Assembly: GCA_964499445.1 (NCBI GenBank)
Contig: CAZCLE010000001.1
Location: 29,615 to 93,614 of the forward strand
Length of the DNA stretch: 64,000 bases
Origin: an uncultured Dehalococcoidales bacterium
Lineage (GTDB): Bacteria > Chloroflexota > Dehalococcoidia > Dehalococcoidales > GCA-2688105
Direction of reading: 5' to 3'
Within the stretch, counting starts at the first letter, position 1; each line of letters starts with the position of its first letter. The position numbers and the translations under genes are program-made. Positions 26,101 through 35,245 of this stretch are shown here, in pieces. Below the pieces are notes generated by a model, which saw nothing but the letters and a program-made list of their open reading frames with translations, ran no database searches and was not told the origin of the DNA.

Positions 26101-26262
26101 TTAGTAATCATCGCCGAGCAGGTGAATATTGCCCAGCCTTACATTTTTTAGTCCGTGTGCCCTCGCCTCAGCCAGACACTCCCGGGCATGCCGCTCGGAG
26201 GTAAGCGGTAAATCGTTCATCATAAACTGGGGGGAGAAGGCAAGGAGGGCATAAGGAATGTC
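26101..26262 (-). pseudogene. C-terminal remnant of a radical-SAM activase-type gene (PflA / AmmeMemoRadiSam-like)
   Basis: IPYALLAFSPQFMMNDLPLTSERHARECLAEARAHGLKNVRLGNIHLL resembles the C-terminal pattern h.F.P.ykm.d.p.T....a..iA...GL.yVY.GN. There is no radical-SAM core upstream, because the hydrolase gene occupies that space. Confidence 0.4.
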
Positions 26263-26266
26263 AGGG

Positions 26267-27136
26267 CTAAGAGAGAAAATCAAGAGCAATCCGGTTAAAC
26301 CTTTCTGGTTCTTCGTCATGCGGCTCATGTGCCGATTTCTCGAAGACCTCTGTTCTCGAGCCCTTTAAGATGTGGTGTATTTCTTGTCCAAGTCTGACTG
26401 GAATACCTTTGTCATGATATCCCCAGACAATCAAGGTGGGAACTCCCATTTCTCCCAGATGGTGAATTTCATCGCGCAGTGTATGAAAGAACTTCAAGCG
26501 TATGATTCTGAGAAATGCCTCATTACTTCCTTTGATTTTTTGTGACCAGGTAAGACCGTCAAAATACTCTTGCGTGATCTCTTTTCGGTAAAGATAAACC
26601 TTCTTAACGATTAACTTGCGAATCAGATTGGTTGGAAGACTGAGCACCAATTCACCCAACCCGGGTAAAGCCACTATCTGCTGGGTTGGCACCGGTCTAT
26701 GAGGCATTCCAGCAGCACAGACCAGAATAATCGATTTTACTCTATCTCTATACTCTGCGGTGAATTTGATAATGGTACCACCACCCATTGACTGCCCGAT
26801 AAGGGAAGCCCTTTCTATATTCAAAGCATTCATAAAGGAGAGCAATTGTTGGGCGTAGAGCGGATAACCATAATTCAATAGCTCACGAGTGCTATAACCA
26901 CAACCCCATAAGTCAAGAGCATAGATTTTGAACTTGGCAGCTAAGGTATCTATGTTGTTATGCCATGAGTAGCTATCGGAACCAAAGCCGTGCAACAGGA
27001 TCACTGGCTCACCTTCTCCCTTTTCTATATAGTGGGTTTGATGTCCAGTAAGGTTGATGAACTTACCTGGAGCATATTTCTTCGCCCACTCATCCAAAGA
27101 TTGACTATTCCACGGTATAAATTCGCCCATTCTCAA
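26267..27136 (-). CDS. Alpha/beta-fold hydrolase
   Basis: 289 aa. HG oxyanion motif ILLHGFG, nucleophile elbow GQSMGG, and a C-terminal His region (AHEPH). Confidence 0.8.
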   Translation of the reverse strand: MRMGEFIPWNSQSLDEWAKKYAPGKFINLTGHQTHYIEKGEGEPVILLHGFGSDSYSWHNNIDTLAAKFKIYALDLWGCGYSTRELLNYGYPLYAQQLLSFMNALNIERASLIGQSMGGGTIIKFTAEYRDRVKSIILVCAAGMPHRPVPTQQIVALPGLGELVLSLPTNLIRKLIVKKVYLYRKEITQEYFDGLTWSQKIKGSNEAFLRIIRLKFFHTLRDEIHHLGEMGVPTLIVWGYHDKGIPVRLGQEIHHILKGSRTEVFEKSAHEPHDEEPERFNRIALDFLS

Positions 27137-27185
27137 CCCCCTTTCCTAATATTACTGTCAACAACTCTAATATAACCCAAGCTAA

Positions 27186-27215
27186 TTGCAAATTAATAGC
27201 CCTATTAGGTATACT
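27186..27215 (+). promoter_or_regulatory. Sigma-70-like promoter candidate for the AcnX-UxaA-LarA operon
   Basis: TTGCAA (27186-27191), an 18-nt spacer, then TATACT (27210-27215). Confidence 0.4.
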
Positions 27216-27316
27216 GACCATCAAAGTAACACCGGGTATAATGCACCCGAAACACTTTTCTCTGATACTGCTAGCGGGAAAGACAACCAAAGTGAAACTC
27301 TGAGGAGGTAAGTAAT

Positions 27317-28594
27317 ATGCATCTTGATGATGAGGAAAAAAGGATGCTCGCCGGTGAAGAGGGAAAAGGGACACAGAGGGCGATGGAGATTCTCAAGGCC
27401 AAGGGAGAGGCTGAAGATGCCAAGAGAATGGTCAAAATTGTTTATGCTCACCTTATGCCTCCCGACACCATGTTCTTCCCCTACGGCCGACAGGGCAAGT
27501 GGGCTCGCGACCTCACCGGGGAGCTTACCGAGGGCATCACCCGCCTTAAGGTACCAGCCACCATGGAGCCCAAGTTTGTTGACCTGGCTATAGCCAAAGA
27601 CATCGAATTCACCGATGAACTCATCGAGGAAATGCGCGGTATCATGCTCCCCGCCGCCGAGTTTTTTGAAAACCTCGGGGTCGTCCCCAGCTATACGGCA
27701 CTGCCCTTCTTAATTTACCCCACCAAGATGGGGGAGCATGTCAGCATCGCTGAATCTATAGCTATCCTGTGGTACAACACCATGTTCGGTTCCAGATGCG
27801 AGCGCGATGACGGTGTTACTTCCCTGGCAGCAGCCATCACCGGCGTTTACCCCGAGATTGGTGCTCACCTCACCGAAAACAGGTTCGCCGAGGTAATTAT
27901 TAGACCCGGTAAAGATATTGACCCGGCCAAGTTCTCTTACACCGACTGGGATGCCTACAGTCTAGCCGCGGCTCGTAAAGGCAAGGAGAAGACGCCTGTC
28001 TTCGTGGGGCTACCGCCTAACCTGACCTTTACCCAGCTAAAACACCTGCTGGCAGTCATCGCCGTGGAATCAGGTCTGGCGATAATGCACATTGTCGGCA
28101 TAACCCCGGAAGCACCTACCCTAGAGGCTGCCCTGAATGGCAGGAAGCCACTGGCCGAATTTGAAATCGGCAAGCGTGAACTTGATGAAGCCTACGCCAT
28201 CGCCACCACCGCCACTGACCCGAATGTTGACTACGTGTTCCTGGGATGCCCCCATGTTACCCTGCCCGAGTTAAAAGAAGTTGCCCAAGCCCTGGATGGC
28301 AAAAAGGTCAACCCCAATGTTAAGCTGGTGGTATCCACCACCTGGCAATACCTTCAGACCGCCGAAGAAATGGGCTACGCCGATGTTATCAGGAAGGCAG
28401 GGGCTGCCTTAACCAAGGATATGTGCATCGCCTTTTCCGGTACCCAGGTTAGCGGCACTATTGCTACTGACTCCATTAAAGCCGCCTTCTTCTACACCGG
28501 CTTTTCCTCCAAAACCACCAGGCGAGTCTGGTTCGGCACTATCCAGGATTGCATCCAGGCAGCCATTACCGGCAAATGGCAAGGAAGGAGATAG
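27317..28594 (+). CDS. Aconitase X catalytic (large) subunit, DUF521 family
   Basis: 425 aa. The N-terminal L.DEEKRMLAGEEG.G.Q.AMEIL signature is typical of AcnX/DUF521. Confidence 0.8.
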   Translation: MHLDDEEKRMLAGEEGKGTQRAMEILKAKGEAEDAKRMVKIVYAHLMPPDTMFFPYGRQGKWARDLTGELTEGITRLKVPATMEPKFVDLAIAKDIEFTDELIEEMRGIMLPAAEFFENLGVVPSYTALPFLIYPTKMGEHVSIAESIAILWYNTMFGSRCERDDGVTSLAAAITGVYPEIGAHLTENRFAEVIIRPGKDIDPAKFSYTDWDAYSLAAARKGKEKTPVFVGLPPNLTFTQLKHLLAVIAVESGLAIMHIVGITPEAPTLEAALNGRKPLAEFEIGKRELDEAYAIATTATDPNVDYVFLGCPHVTLPELKEVAQALDGKKVNPNVKLVVSTTWQYLQTAEEMGYADVIRKAGAALTKDMCIAFSGTQVSGTIATDSIKAAFFYTGFSSKTTRRVWFGTIQDCIQAAITGKWQGRR

Positions 28595-28598
28595 GTAA

Positions 28599-29021
28599 AT
28601 GAGTGTTAATAAAATTAAAGGACGCAGTATAAAAAAACTGCCCACCGTAGAAGGCGAAGCACTGGTAACCACCGACCTGGTGGCTTTCTGGGGCGGTACC
28701 GATTGGGAAACCGGGGAGATAGTTGAGATAGGTCATCAAGCCAGGGGTAAAAATATGGCAGGGAAGATTCTGGTCTGTCCTGCCGGCAAAGGCGGCGCCG
28801 GGGATACCTTCGGTTACTATTATCTCTACAAGAGTGGCAAGGCGCCCAAGGCTATTGTCTGCAATAGAGGTCAGGGGACTACTCTAGCCGGGGCACTGCT
28901 TACCGATACCCCTATGATTTACGGGTTTAATGAGAATGTGGTAGAGCTGGTGAATAACGGGGATATGTTGAAGGTAGATTCGGAAAAGGGAGAGGTTACC
29001 ATAACCAAAAAGGGTGCCTAG
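28599..29021 (+). CDS. Aconitase X swivel (small) subunit, DUF126 family
   Basis: 140 aa. GEALVTTDLVAFWGGTDWETGEI...GKILVCPAGKGGAGDT matches the DUF126 pattern. Confidence 0.75.
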   Translation: MSVNKIKGRSIKKLPTVEGEALVTTDLVAFWGGTDWETGEIVEIGHQARGKNMAGKILVCPAGKGGAGDTFGYYYLYKSGKAPKAIVCNRGQGTTLAGALLTDTPMIYGFNENVVELVNNGDMLKVDSEKGEVTITKKGA

Positions 29022-29059
29022 TCCTCGCCCAGCAGTCGGATTTACTGGAGGTAATTATA

Positions 29060-29362
29060 TTGAAACAGAAAGCAGTCATTCTTAATTCCAAAGATAATGT
29101 GGCTACCGCCCTCGCCGACCTGAAGGCTGGGGATACTTTAGAACTGAATACTGGAGAGAAAACCATAGCCATAAAGCTGACCGCCCCGGTGCCATTCGGC
29201 CACAAGTTCAGTCTGGCTAACATAGAGGCTGGCTCTGCGGTAATTAAATACGGTGAGGCTATCGGTATAGCCACCGCCACCATCCAGCCCGGAGATTATG
29301 TCCATGTCCACAATGTAGCTAGCGCCCGGGGAAGAGGCGATTTAGCCGGAGGTGTCAAATGA
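29060..29362 (+). CDS. UxaA-family dehydratase/lyase small subunit (SAF domain; SuyA/GarD-N-like)
   Basis: 100 aa with a TTG start. DNVATALADLKAGD...PFGHKFSLANIEAGSAVIKYGEAIG...I.PGDYVHVHN. Confidence 0.75.
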   Translation: MKQKAVILNSKDNVATALADLKAGDTLELNTGEKTIAIKLTAPVPFGHKFSLANIEAGSAVIKYGEAIGIATATIQPGDYVHVHNVASARGRGDLAGGVK

Positions 29363-30519
29363 GCTTTCTAGGATACCCTCGTCGGGACGGTTCGGTAGGC
29401 ACGCGAAATTACATCGGCATCATATCTACGGTGAGCTGTGCTAACGATGTCGCCTGGTGGCTCTCACAAAAGGTTAAAGGCTGCGCCCCCTTTCTCCATG
29501 GTCAGGGCTGTTGCCAGACCAAGCCCGACCTTGACATTACCACCCGAACCCTCATCTCCCTGGGCTGGAACCCCAATCTGGCCGGGGTGTTGGTGGTGAG
29601 TCTGGGCTGTGAAGCGGTATCGGCGGATGCCATAGCCGAGGGTATCGCTGAGTCGGGCAAGCCCGTGGAAAAAATAGCGATTCTAAAAATGGGAGGCGCT
29701 ACCGCCGCCTTGACTCAGGGCTCCCGTCTTGCCCGGGCTATGGTGGCTGAGGCATCAAAAATAAAGAGACAGGAATTCCCCGACTCGGAATTGATGCTGG
29801 GGGTGAAGTGCGGTGCCTCCGATACTACCTCGGGGCTGGCGGCAAACCCAGCCGCCGGGTCTGCCTGCGATTTACTAATTGATAATGGTGGCACCTGTGT
29901 CTTTGGCGAGACCACGGAATTTATCGGGGCTGAGCATATTCTTACCCGTCGCGCCGCCACCCCCCAAGTAGCCGACAAAATTATGGACATTGTGGCGCGC
30001 ATGGAAAAGCGGGTTATAGCTATGGGTTTTGATATGAGAGGCGGACAGCCCACGGCCGGCAATATTGCCGGAGGACTGACCACCATCGAGGAGAAATCCC
30101 TAGGGGCGATAGTCAAGGGAGGCACCAAACCCATCCAGGAGGTCTATGAGTATGGAGAACGCCCTCAAGGCAAAGGGCTGTTCATAATTGATACCCCGGG
30201 ACGGGAGCCCGAATTCCTCACCGGTCTGGCCGCCGCCGGGGCTCAGGTCATTGTTTTCACCACCGGGCTGGGTGCCCCGCAGGGCTTTCCCCTTATCCCG
30301 GTCATTAAGATTACCGGCAATCCGGCTACCTATAAGCAACTCCCCGACCACATGGATATATTTGTTGAGCTAGCCGATAAAGTCGGCTCGGGCATTGCCC
30401 AAGCCGGAGAGAGCCTGTACAAGGAGATTCTAGCCGTAGCTTCGGGGAAACAGACCAAGGCGGAAAAGATAAACTACGGCAACTTCCCCAATATCTTTAC
30501 CATTGGTCCGGTAATGTAG
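29359..30519 (+). CDS. UxaA-family dehydratase/lyase large subunit (altronate dehydratase / SuyB-like)
   Basis: 386 aa with an ATGA overlap with the small subunit. FLGYPRRDGSVGTRNYIGI...HGQGCCQ...GVKCGASDTTSG...TTEFIGAEH. Confidence 0.8.
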   Translation: MSFLGYPRRDGSVGTRNYIGIISTVSCANDVAWWLSQKVKGCAPFLHGQGCCQTKPDLDITTRTLISLGWNPNLAGVLVVSLGCEAVSADAIAEGIAESGKPVEKIAILKMGGATAALTQGSRLARAMVAEASKIKRQEFPDSELMLGVKCGASDTTSGLAANPAAGSACDLLIDNGGTCVFGETTEFIGAEHILTRRAATPQVADKIMDIVARMEKRVIAMGFDMRGGQPTAGNIAGGLTTIEEKSLGAIVKGGTKPIQEVYEYGERPQGKGLFIIDTPGREPEFLTGLAAAGAQVIVFTTGLGAPQGFPLIPVIKITGNPATYKQLPDHMDIFVELADKVGSGIAQAGESLYKEILAVASGKQTKAEKINYGNFPNIFTIGPVM

Positions 30520-30551
30520 TCCTGCCCGATTAAAACTGAGGAGATAAGATT

Positions 30552-31796
30552 ATGAATGTGCTTAAGCTACCGCAACTGGCCTGGCACGGGACTAAAGCCC
30601 TGGAGCTACCCCTCCCTGATAGCTGGCAGGTTGAGATGTGTCACATGGCTGGTTATGACCGCCCCGCCCTGACCCCCGACCAGATTAAAGCCGCCGTAAC
30701 CCAAAATCTCATTGGCTCACCACCCATCCGGGAACTGGCTAAAGGTAAAAAAGAGGTTGTCATCATCTTTGACGACATGACCCGGGTGACCAGGGTGGCT
30801 GACATAGTCCCCTTCGTGATAGACGAATTGGCAGAAGCCGGCATCGCCGATGATAGAATCCGCTTCATTGCCGCCCTCGGCTGTCACGGGGCAATGAACC
30901 GATTTGATTTTGTTAAAAAACTGGGCGAGGCAACTCTAGCCAGGTTCCCCGTCTATAATCACAATCCTTTTGATAACTGCGACTATGTGGGCACCACCAG
31001 CCATGGCACCAAGGTCTACTTAAACGCTGAGGTAATGAAGTGCGACTTCAAGATTGCCATTGGTTCCATCACGCCGCACATTATGAGCGGGTTTGGTGGG
31101 GGGTGGAAAATCATCCTGCCCGGTATAGCCTCCTATGAATCTATCAACGCTCTCCACATGCTCTATAAGTTGCTACCCAGGGAGCGCCAGCAGCAGATGA
31201 CCACCGAAGCCGGGGTCATCGAGGACAACCCGATATACCAGGATATTGAGGAAGGGGCATCCCTTTCCGGTCTGGACATCAAGATTGAAACCCTGTTTAA
31301 CCATTGGGGTGAGACGGTGGCAGTCTATGCCGGCACGCCTAAACAAGCCTATGCTGCCAGCGTGGAGGACGCCAAAACCCACTTCCTCACCCCCCGAGCC
31401 AGGGATAAGGACATTGTTATCGCCAATACCTTTGCCAAGGCGAACGAGGCTACCCTGGGCATACTTACCGCCTGCCCCTCGGTGAAGAGCACCGGGGGAG
31501 ACATCGTCCTTATTGCCAATGCCCCCGAGGGGCAGGTAACCCATTACCTGATGGGTCCGTTTGGCAAAATGATTGAGTCAAAGCAACCACTGCAGGTGCG
31601 CACTCCCCCATCCGTCAAGCACCTGATTGTTTTCACCGAGTACCCTGACCTGGCGGGGAGGGGCTATTTTGAACAATCGGACAAGGTAATGTTTATGCAT
31701 AGATGGGATGATGTCCGACATGCCCTTCAGGAATTTCACGGTGATAATGCCGAGGTGGCGGTATATCCCCACGCCGAGGTTCAGTACTGCAGGTAA
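30552..31796 (+). CDS. LarA-family (nickel-pincer-dependent) 2-hydroxyacid racemase/epimerase homologue, DUF2088
   Basis: 414 aa. ALGCHGAMN, ITPHIMSGFGGGWKIILPG and INALH align by eye with the LarA His/His/Lys/His region. Confidence 0.7.
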   Translation: MNVLKLPQLAWHGTKALELPLPDSWQVEMCHMAGYDRPALTPDQIKAAVTQNLIGSPPIRELAKGKKEVVIIFDDMTRVTRVADIVPFVIDELAEAGIADDRIRFIAALGCHGAMNRFDFVKKLGEATLARFPVYNHNPFDNCDYVGTTSHGTKVYLNAEVMKCDFKIAIGSITPHIMSGFGGGWKIILPGIASYESINALHMLYKLLPRERQQQMTTEAGVIEDNPIYQDIEEGASLSGLDIKIETLFNHWGETVAVYAGTPKQAYAASVEDAKTHFLTPRARDKDIVIANTFAKANEATLGILTACPSVKSTGGDIVLIANAPEGQVTHYLMGPFGKMIESKQPLQVRTPPSVKHLIVFTEYPDLAGRGYFEQSDKVMFMHRWDDVRHALQEFHGDNAEVAVYPHAEVQYCR

Positions 31797-31799
31797 TAA

Positions 31800-32600
31800 T
31801 TAATGCTCGACCTGTTTAACCTGATAGCGCAACTTGCCCGCCGGGGCTATTACCTCGACTACTTTTCCCTGACCTTGACCAATAAGGGCTCTACCTATAG
31901 GTGAAGCACTGGAAATCTTGCCCTGGGTCGGGTCTACCTCCCTGGGACTGACTATGGTATAGTGCAGTTCCTCCCCTGAAGCCAGGTCAAGCAAGGTAAC
32001 GCTATTACCAATGCCTACCTTAAGGGTAGCCTTTTGTTCCCTATCAATAATAGTCGCTGACTTTAGAGTCCCCTCCAGTTTTTCAATCCGACCTTCTATG
32101 TGTCCACGCTGCTCCCTCGCTGCCTCCAGAGGCGCATTCTCCCGAAAGTCCTTATCTGCCGCCGCCCTGCGCATTTCATCAATAGCCTCAAGACGCTTGT
32201 TCTTAAGGGTATCAAGCTCAGTCTTCAATTCAGCATAGCCCTGTTGAGTTAAAGAGACCGTCTGGGGCAAACCCCGCCGGGACGAATGCCGGCATAAGGT
32301 CTTTCCCTTCTTAGCCTTAAGCTGGGCGGCCAGATTAGCCTTACTCCACCCCTCCTTTTTAGCGTAAATCAAAAAAGCTCGAATTAACTCGAGCTTTTTC
32401 ATATAATTGGTATCCGATAATGATAACCGCTCCGCATAATTAGCGACCTCAGGGGCAGTAAGTCCCCCCAGAGGTCGCTCCCACCCATACCAGCGAACAA
32501 ATCTATATACCTCCTGCTGGCTGGCGCCTCTTTCTTCAGATGATAAGCTGGCGAGAAAACGAGTAGCGGCTTCACCCAGACCCAGGCTATCACTATTCAC
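31800..32600 (-). CDS. greA: GreA-type transcript cleavage factor with an N-terminal extension of about 105 aa (integrase SAM-like / core-binding-like)
   Basis: 266 aa. The C-terminal 155 aa (LTQQGYAELKTELDTLKN...DFRENAPLEAARE...VSPREVDP..GKISSASPIGRALIG) is classic GreA. The N-terminal part FLASL...S..T...YRFVRWYG...LT...V.NY...L resembles Phage_int_SAM. Confidence 0.8.
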   Translation of the reverse strand: MNSDSLGLGEAATRFLASLSSEERGASQQEVYRFVRWYGWERPLGGLTAPEVANYAERLSLSDTNYMKKLELIRAFLIYAKKEGWSKANLAAQLKAKKGKTLCRHSSRRGLPQTVSLTQQGYAELKTELDTLKNKRLEAIDEMRRAAADKDFRENAPLEAAREQRGHIEGRIEKLEGTLKSATIIDREQKATLKVGIGNSVTLLDLASGEELHYTIVSPREVDPTQGKISSASPIGRALIGQGQGKVVEVIAPAGKLRYQVKQVEH

Positions 32601-32735
32601 TCTCAGAATACCCCCATATAAATATGACTAGGTCTAATCTTACTATTCTAGACGTACATTGGTCAAATAACATTAGAGATTGCTTAGTAACCTATCCCCC
32701 TGACCCCCTTCCCTCAATAAAAGATTGTTTAACAA

Positions 32736-33014
32736 CCCCTCACCCTTTATCCCTCTCCCCTTATGAAGGGGAGAGGGAAGAGAAATTCTTAAAGGGGCTT
32801 TTTACCCCACAAAAATAAATTTTTGCGGGGACCCCGTATTCGCCCCTTTTAATCCCTTTGCTAAAAACTCTCAATAAGGGGGAGTGTAGGTAAGAGAGGG
32901 GCGAAGCCCCTCTCTAAAATCTCTTCCCAAATAGAGGTTTAAGGGGCGGAGCCCCTTCTATAAAAACTTCCCCTTCCCCTTGATAAGGGGAAGGGGATAA
33001 AGGGGATAGGGTTA
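32736..33014. repeat. Composite G-rich hairpin repeat element (MITE/REP-like) with inverted A-module ends and internal B hairpins
   Basis: Left end is CCCCTCACCCTTTATCCC + hairpin CCCTCTCCCCTT/AAGGGGAGAGGG. B hairpins are AGAGAGGGGC-GAA-GCCCCTCTCT (32893-32915) and AAGGGGC-GGA-GCCCCTT (32941-32957). Right end is hairpin CCCCTTCCCCTT/AAGGGGAAGGGG + ATAAAGGGGATAGGGTTA. An extra tail-only copy lies at 32689-32714. Confidence 0.7.
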
Positions 33015-33040
33015 CCTAATAAAAATCTAAGAGGGTGAGG

Positions 33041-34234
33041 TCAATAAACAATCTTATTAGCCCGGAAAGGAATCTTCATCGCCCCAATAGCCTTAGATAT
33101 TGCCTGATGTGCCAACAATTTCAATATCACCTCAGCATGCCAGTCAAAAGACAAATCTTCCTCTTTAAGCAAGGCCTCATCAATGCCGCTGGATTTTATT
33201 ATGTCAAATATCCGGTCAATCTGCCGGTCACTCAGACGCTCATAAAATTTCCGAGCCCGGTAGCCTCTCTTCAACTCACGCCCCAGCCTCACCTTCCACT
33301 CCCGCTCATAGTTAGCCAGACTCCTAGCCGTCAGGGCATCACTTGCCAGAGCCCGGTGCAAATTATTAGCCGCGATGTCAGCACCCAGTAGCCCGTAGTA
33401 GATACCGCCACCGGTGGTTGGCTTCACCTGCCCCGCCGCACTCCCCACCACTATCACTCTCTGCCCGTAGGTTCTAGCCAACGGCTTTAGTGGAATCCCG
33501 CCATAGCTCACCTCAGCCTCAGCCGAAACTATTTTCCCCTGAGCCAACAGGGACGACATTAACTTCCTCAGATAGTGCCCGGGATTAAGGCGCGATAACA
33601 ATCCCACCCGGGCTCTCGGCGATGAGGTCGGCACCAGCCAGGCAAAAAAGCCAGGAGCTATATCCTGACCAAAATAAACCTCAACCTCGTCCACCCCGGT
33701 GGTTTCCACCTCAGCCTGAGCTCCCATAACCAAATCGCCAACCTTGCCCAAACCCAACCCCTCAGCCAGTCTGGAGCCAAAGCCAGTGGCAATAACTACC
33801 GCTCTGGCGTCAAGGTTTAACTTCTCTCCCTGACGAGTTGCCTCAATCCTAACCCTATCCTCCCCAACCGCCACATTCCTGACCTGGCTACTTAAAACAT
33901 ATTCCACTCCCTTATCCTGAGCCCAATTGGCAATAGCCATATCAAAAGCAGCTCGGTCTACAACGCACGCCTGTGGTTCCTGCCTCCACACCCTGAGTAA
34001 CCGTCCTGAAGGTGAAAATAACCTGGCGCTATTTGCCCACTTCAAAATAACCCTGTCGTCAATACCAAAAGTGCTGACACACTCCCGACCAATAAGACCG
34101 GTACAGCAGACTTTCCCTCCCGGCCTTGTCTTCGCTTCCAGCACCACCACCCCGTATCCCATCCCCGCCAGCTTATAAGCGGTATAACTCCCGGCTGGTC
34201 CACCACCTATTACTGCCACATCATACAATTTCAC
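33041..34234 (-). CDS. Geranylgeranyl-reductase-family FAD-dependent oxidoreductase
   Basis: 397 aa. YDVAVIGGGPAGSYTAYKLA...VVVLE is the dinucleotide fold. VGSAAGQVKPTTGGGIYYG is typical of the GGR family. Confidence 0.8.
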   Translation of the reverse strand: MKLYDVAVIGGGPAGSYTAYKLAGMGYGVVVLEAKTRPGGKVCCTGLIGRECVSTFGIDDRVILKWANSARLFSPSGRLLRVWRQEPQACVVDRAAFDMAIANWAQDKGVEYVLSSQVRNVAVGEDRVRIEATRQGEKLNLDARAVVIATGFGSRLAEGLGLGKVGDLVMGAQAEVETTGVDEVEVYFGQDIAPGFFAWLVPTSSPRARVGLLSRLNPGHYLRKLMSSLLAQGKIVSAEAEVSYGGIPLKPLARTYGQRVIVVGSAAGQVKPTTGGGIYYGLLGADIAANNLHRALASDALTARSLANYEREWKVRLGRELKRGYRARKFYERLSDRQIDRIFDIIKSSGIDEALLKEEDLSFDWHAEVILKLLAHQAISKAIGAMKIPFRANKIVY

Positions 34235-34423
34235 TTCTCCACCTACCGGAACATTTTACTCCACCTTCATTCCCGACCCCAACTAACCCGTGAAAAAACA
34301 GTGAGAGGAAATTACTAAGACAGTGAGGAGAACAAATACCACGAACCAACGATAATAGAGCTTAAGCTGTATCCCAAAACCCTGCCCGAATTAAAGGCGC
34401 CACCCATACTTACTAGGATACTT

Positions 34424-35221
34424 TTAGCCGCGCAAAATCTCCAGGGCAACCTCAGCCGCTCGCTTCCCGGAAAGAAGCATGCCCCCGAAGATAGGTCCCA
34501 TCCTGGGGGCTCCAAAAACAGCATTAGCTGCCATGCCGGCAACAATCAGACCAGGATAGACCTCCTGGGTATTCTCTATTATTTGCTTTTCTCCCATCTC
34601 AGCCCACATCGGCTTCTCCCCCATTATTCTACCTGCCTTCGTCCTTAATTTGGCACCGAGCTTATTCACTACTATTTGGCAGATTTCGCAGGCATGCCCG
34701 GTAGCATCTATCACCATCTTCGCCCGCATGACCAAGGGGTCTACATGCAATCCAGCCAGCGGAACAGCACTCCAGTTCAACACCAAGCCGGTTACCCTAT
34801 CTTCCTCCCTGACCATCACATCCTCAATGCAAATCAAGTTGAATATCCTGGCTCCGGCCTTTATTGTCCGGGAACAGATAGTCGAGACGGCCTCCAGGGA
34901 ATCAGCAATATAGTAGTCGTTTTCATACTCTTTGGTGGCTACGTCAAACTCATCCAATAGCTTCTTTCCCTCTTCCTGCACCACGATACGATTGAACATC
35001 ATCCCTCCCCCGGGCATGCCGCCGCCAACACGGAGCTGCTTTTCAAATACCACCGTTTTCGCCCCCGCCTTTGCCAGATAATAAGCCGCCGTCATGCCGG
35101 CTGGCCCAGCCCCACCTATAGCCACGTCAACCTCCATAGCCTCGGTGAAGTCCTTCACAAAGCTTTCGACTATTGCCTTGGATATGGTTACCTCGTCGAG
35201 CATATTCCCTCCTGTTGCCAC
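34424..35221 (-). CDS. thi4: Thi4-family thiazole (ADP-thiazole) synthase
   Basis: 265 aa. [21 protein letters not shown]...VVFEK...GGG..GGGMMF is typical of archaeal/eukaryotic-type Thi4. It lies 24 nt downstream of thiC. Confidence 0.85.
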   Translation of the reverse strand: MATGGNMLDEVTISKAIVESFVKDFTEAMEVDVAIGGAGPAGMTAAYYLAKAGAKTVVFEKQLRVGGGMPGGGMMFNRIVVQEEGKKLLDEFDVATKEYENDYYIADSLEAVSTICSRTIKAGARIFNLICIEDVMVREEDRVTGLVLNWSAVPLAGLHVDPLVMRAKMVIDATGHACEICQIVVNKLGAKLRTKAGRIMGEKPMWAEMGEKQIIENTQEVYPGLIVAGMAANAVFGAPRMGPIFGGMLLSGKRAAEVALEILRG

Positions 35222-35245
35222 GTTACCCTTTTATGGTATCACCAG

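Noticed and set aside
32624-32818. 64-aa ORF in the greA-GGR intergenic region. Also the 84-aa ORF at 36765-37019 and the 118-aa ORF at 33035-33391.
   Set aside because: They are composed largely of translated repeat-element sequence (PLSLSPYEGEREE..., PSPSPLKERGIKG) or are antisense to the GGR gene. They are not credible genes.
32689-33014. Possible CRISPR array, because of the repeated G-rich units
   Set aside because: The units are imperfect, occur in both orientations, are irregularly spaced and are internally palindromic. Related copies are scattered singly across 24 kb, and there are no cas genes. They fit REP/MITE-like elements instead.
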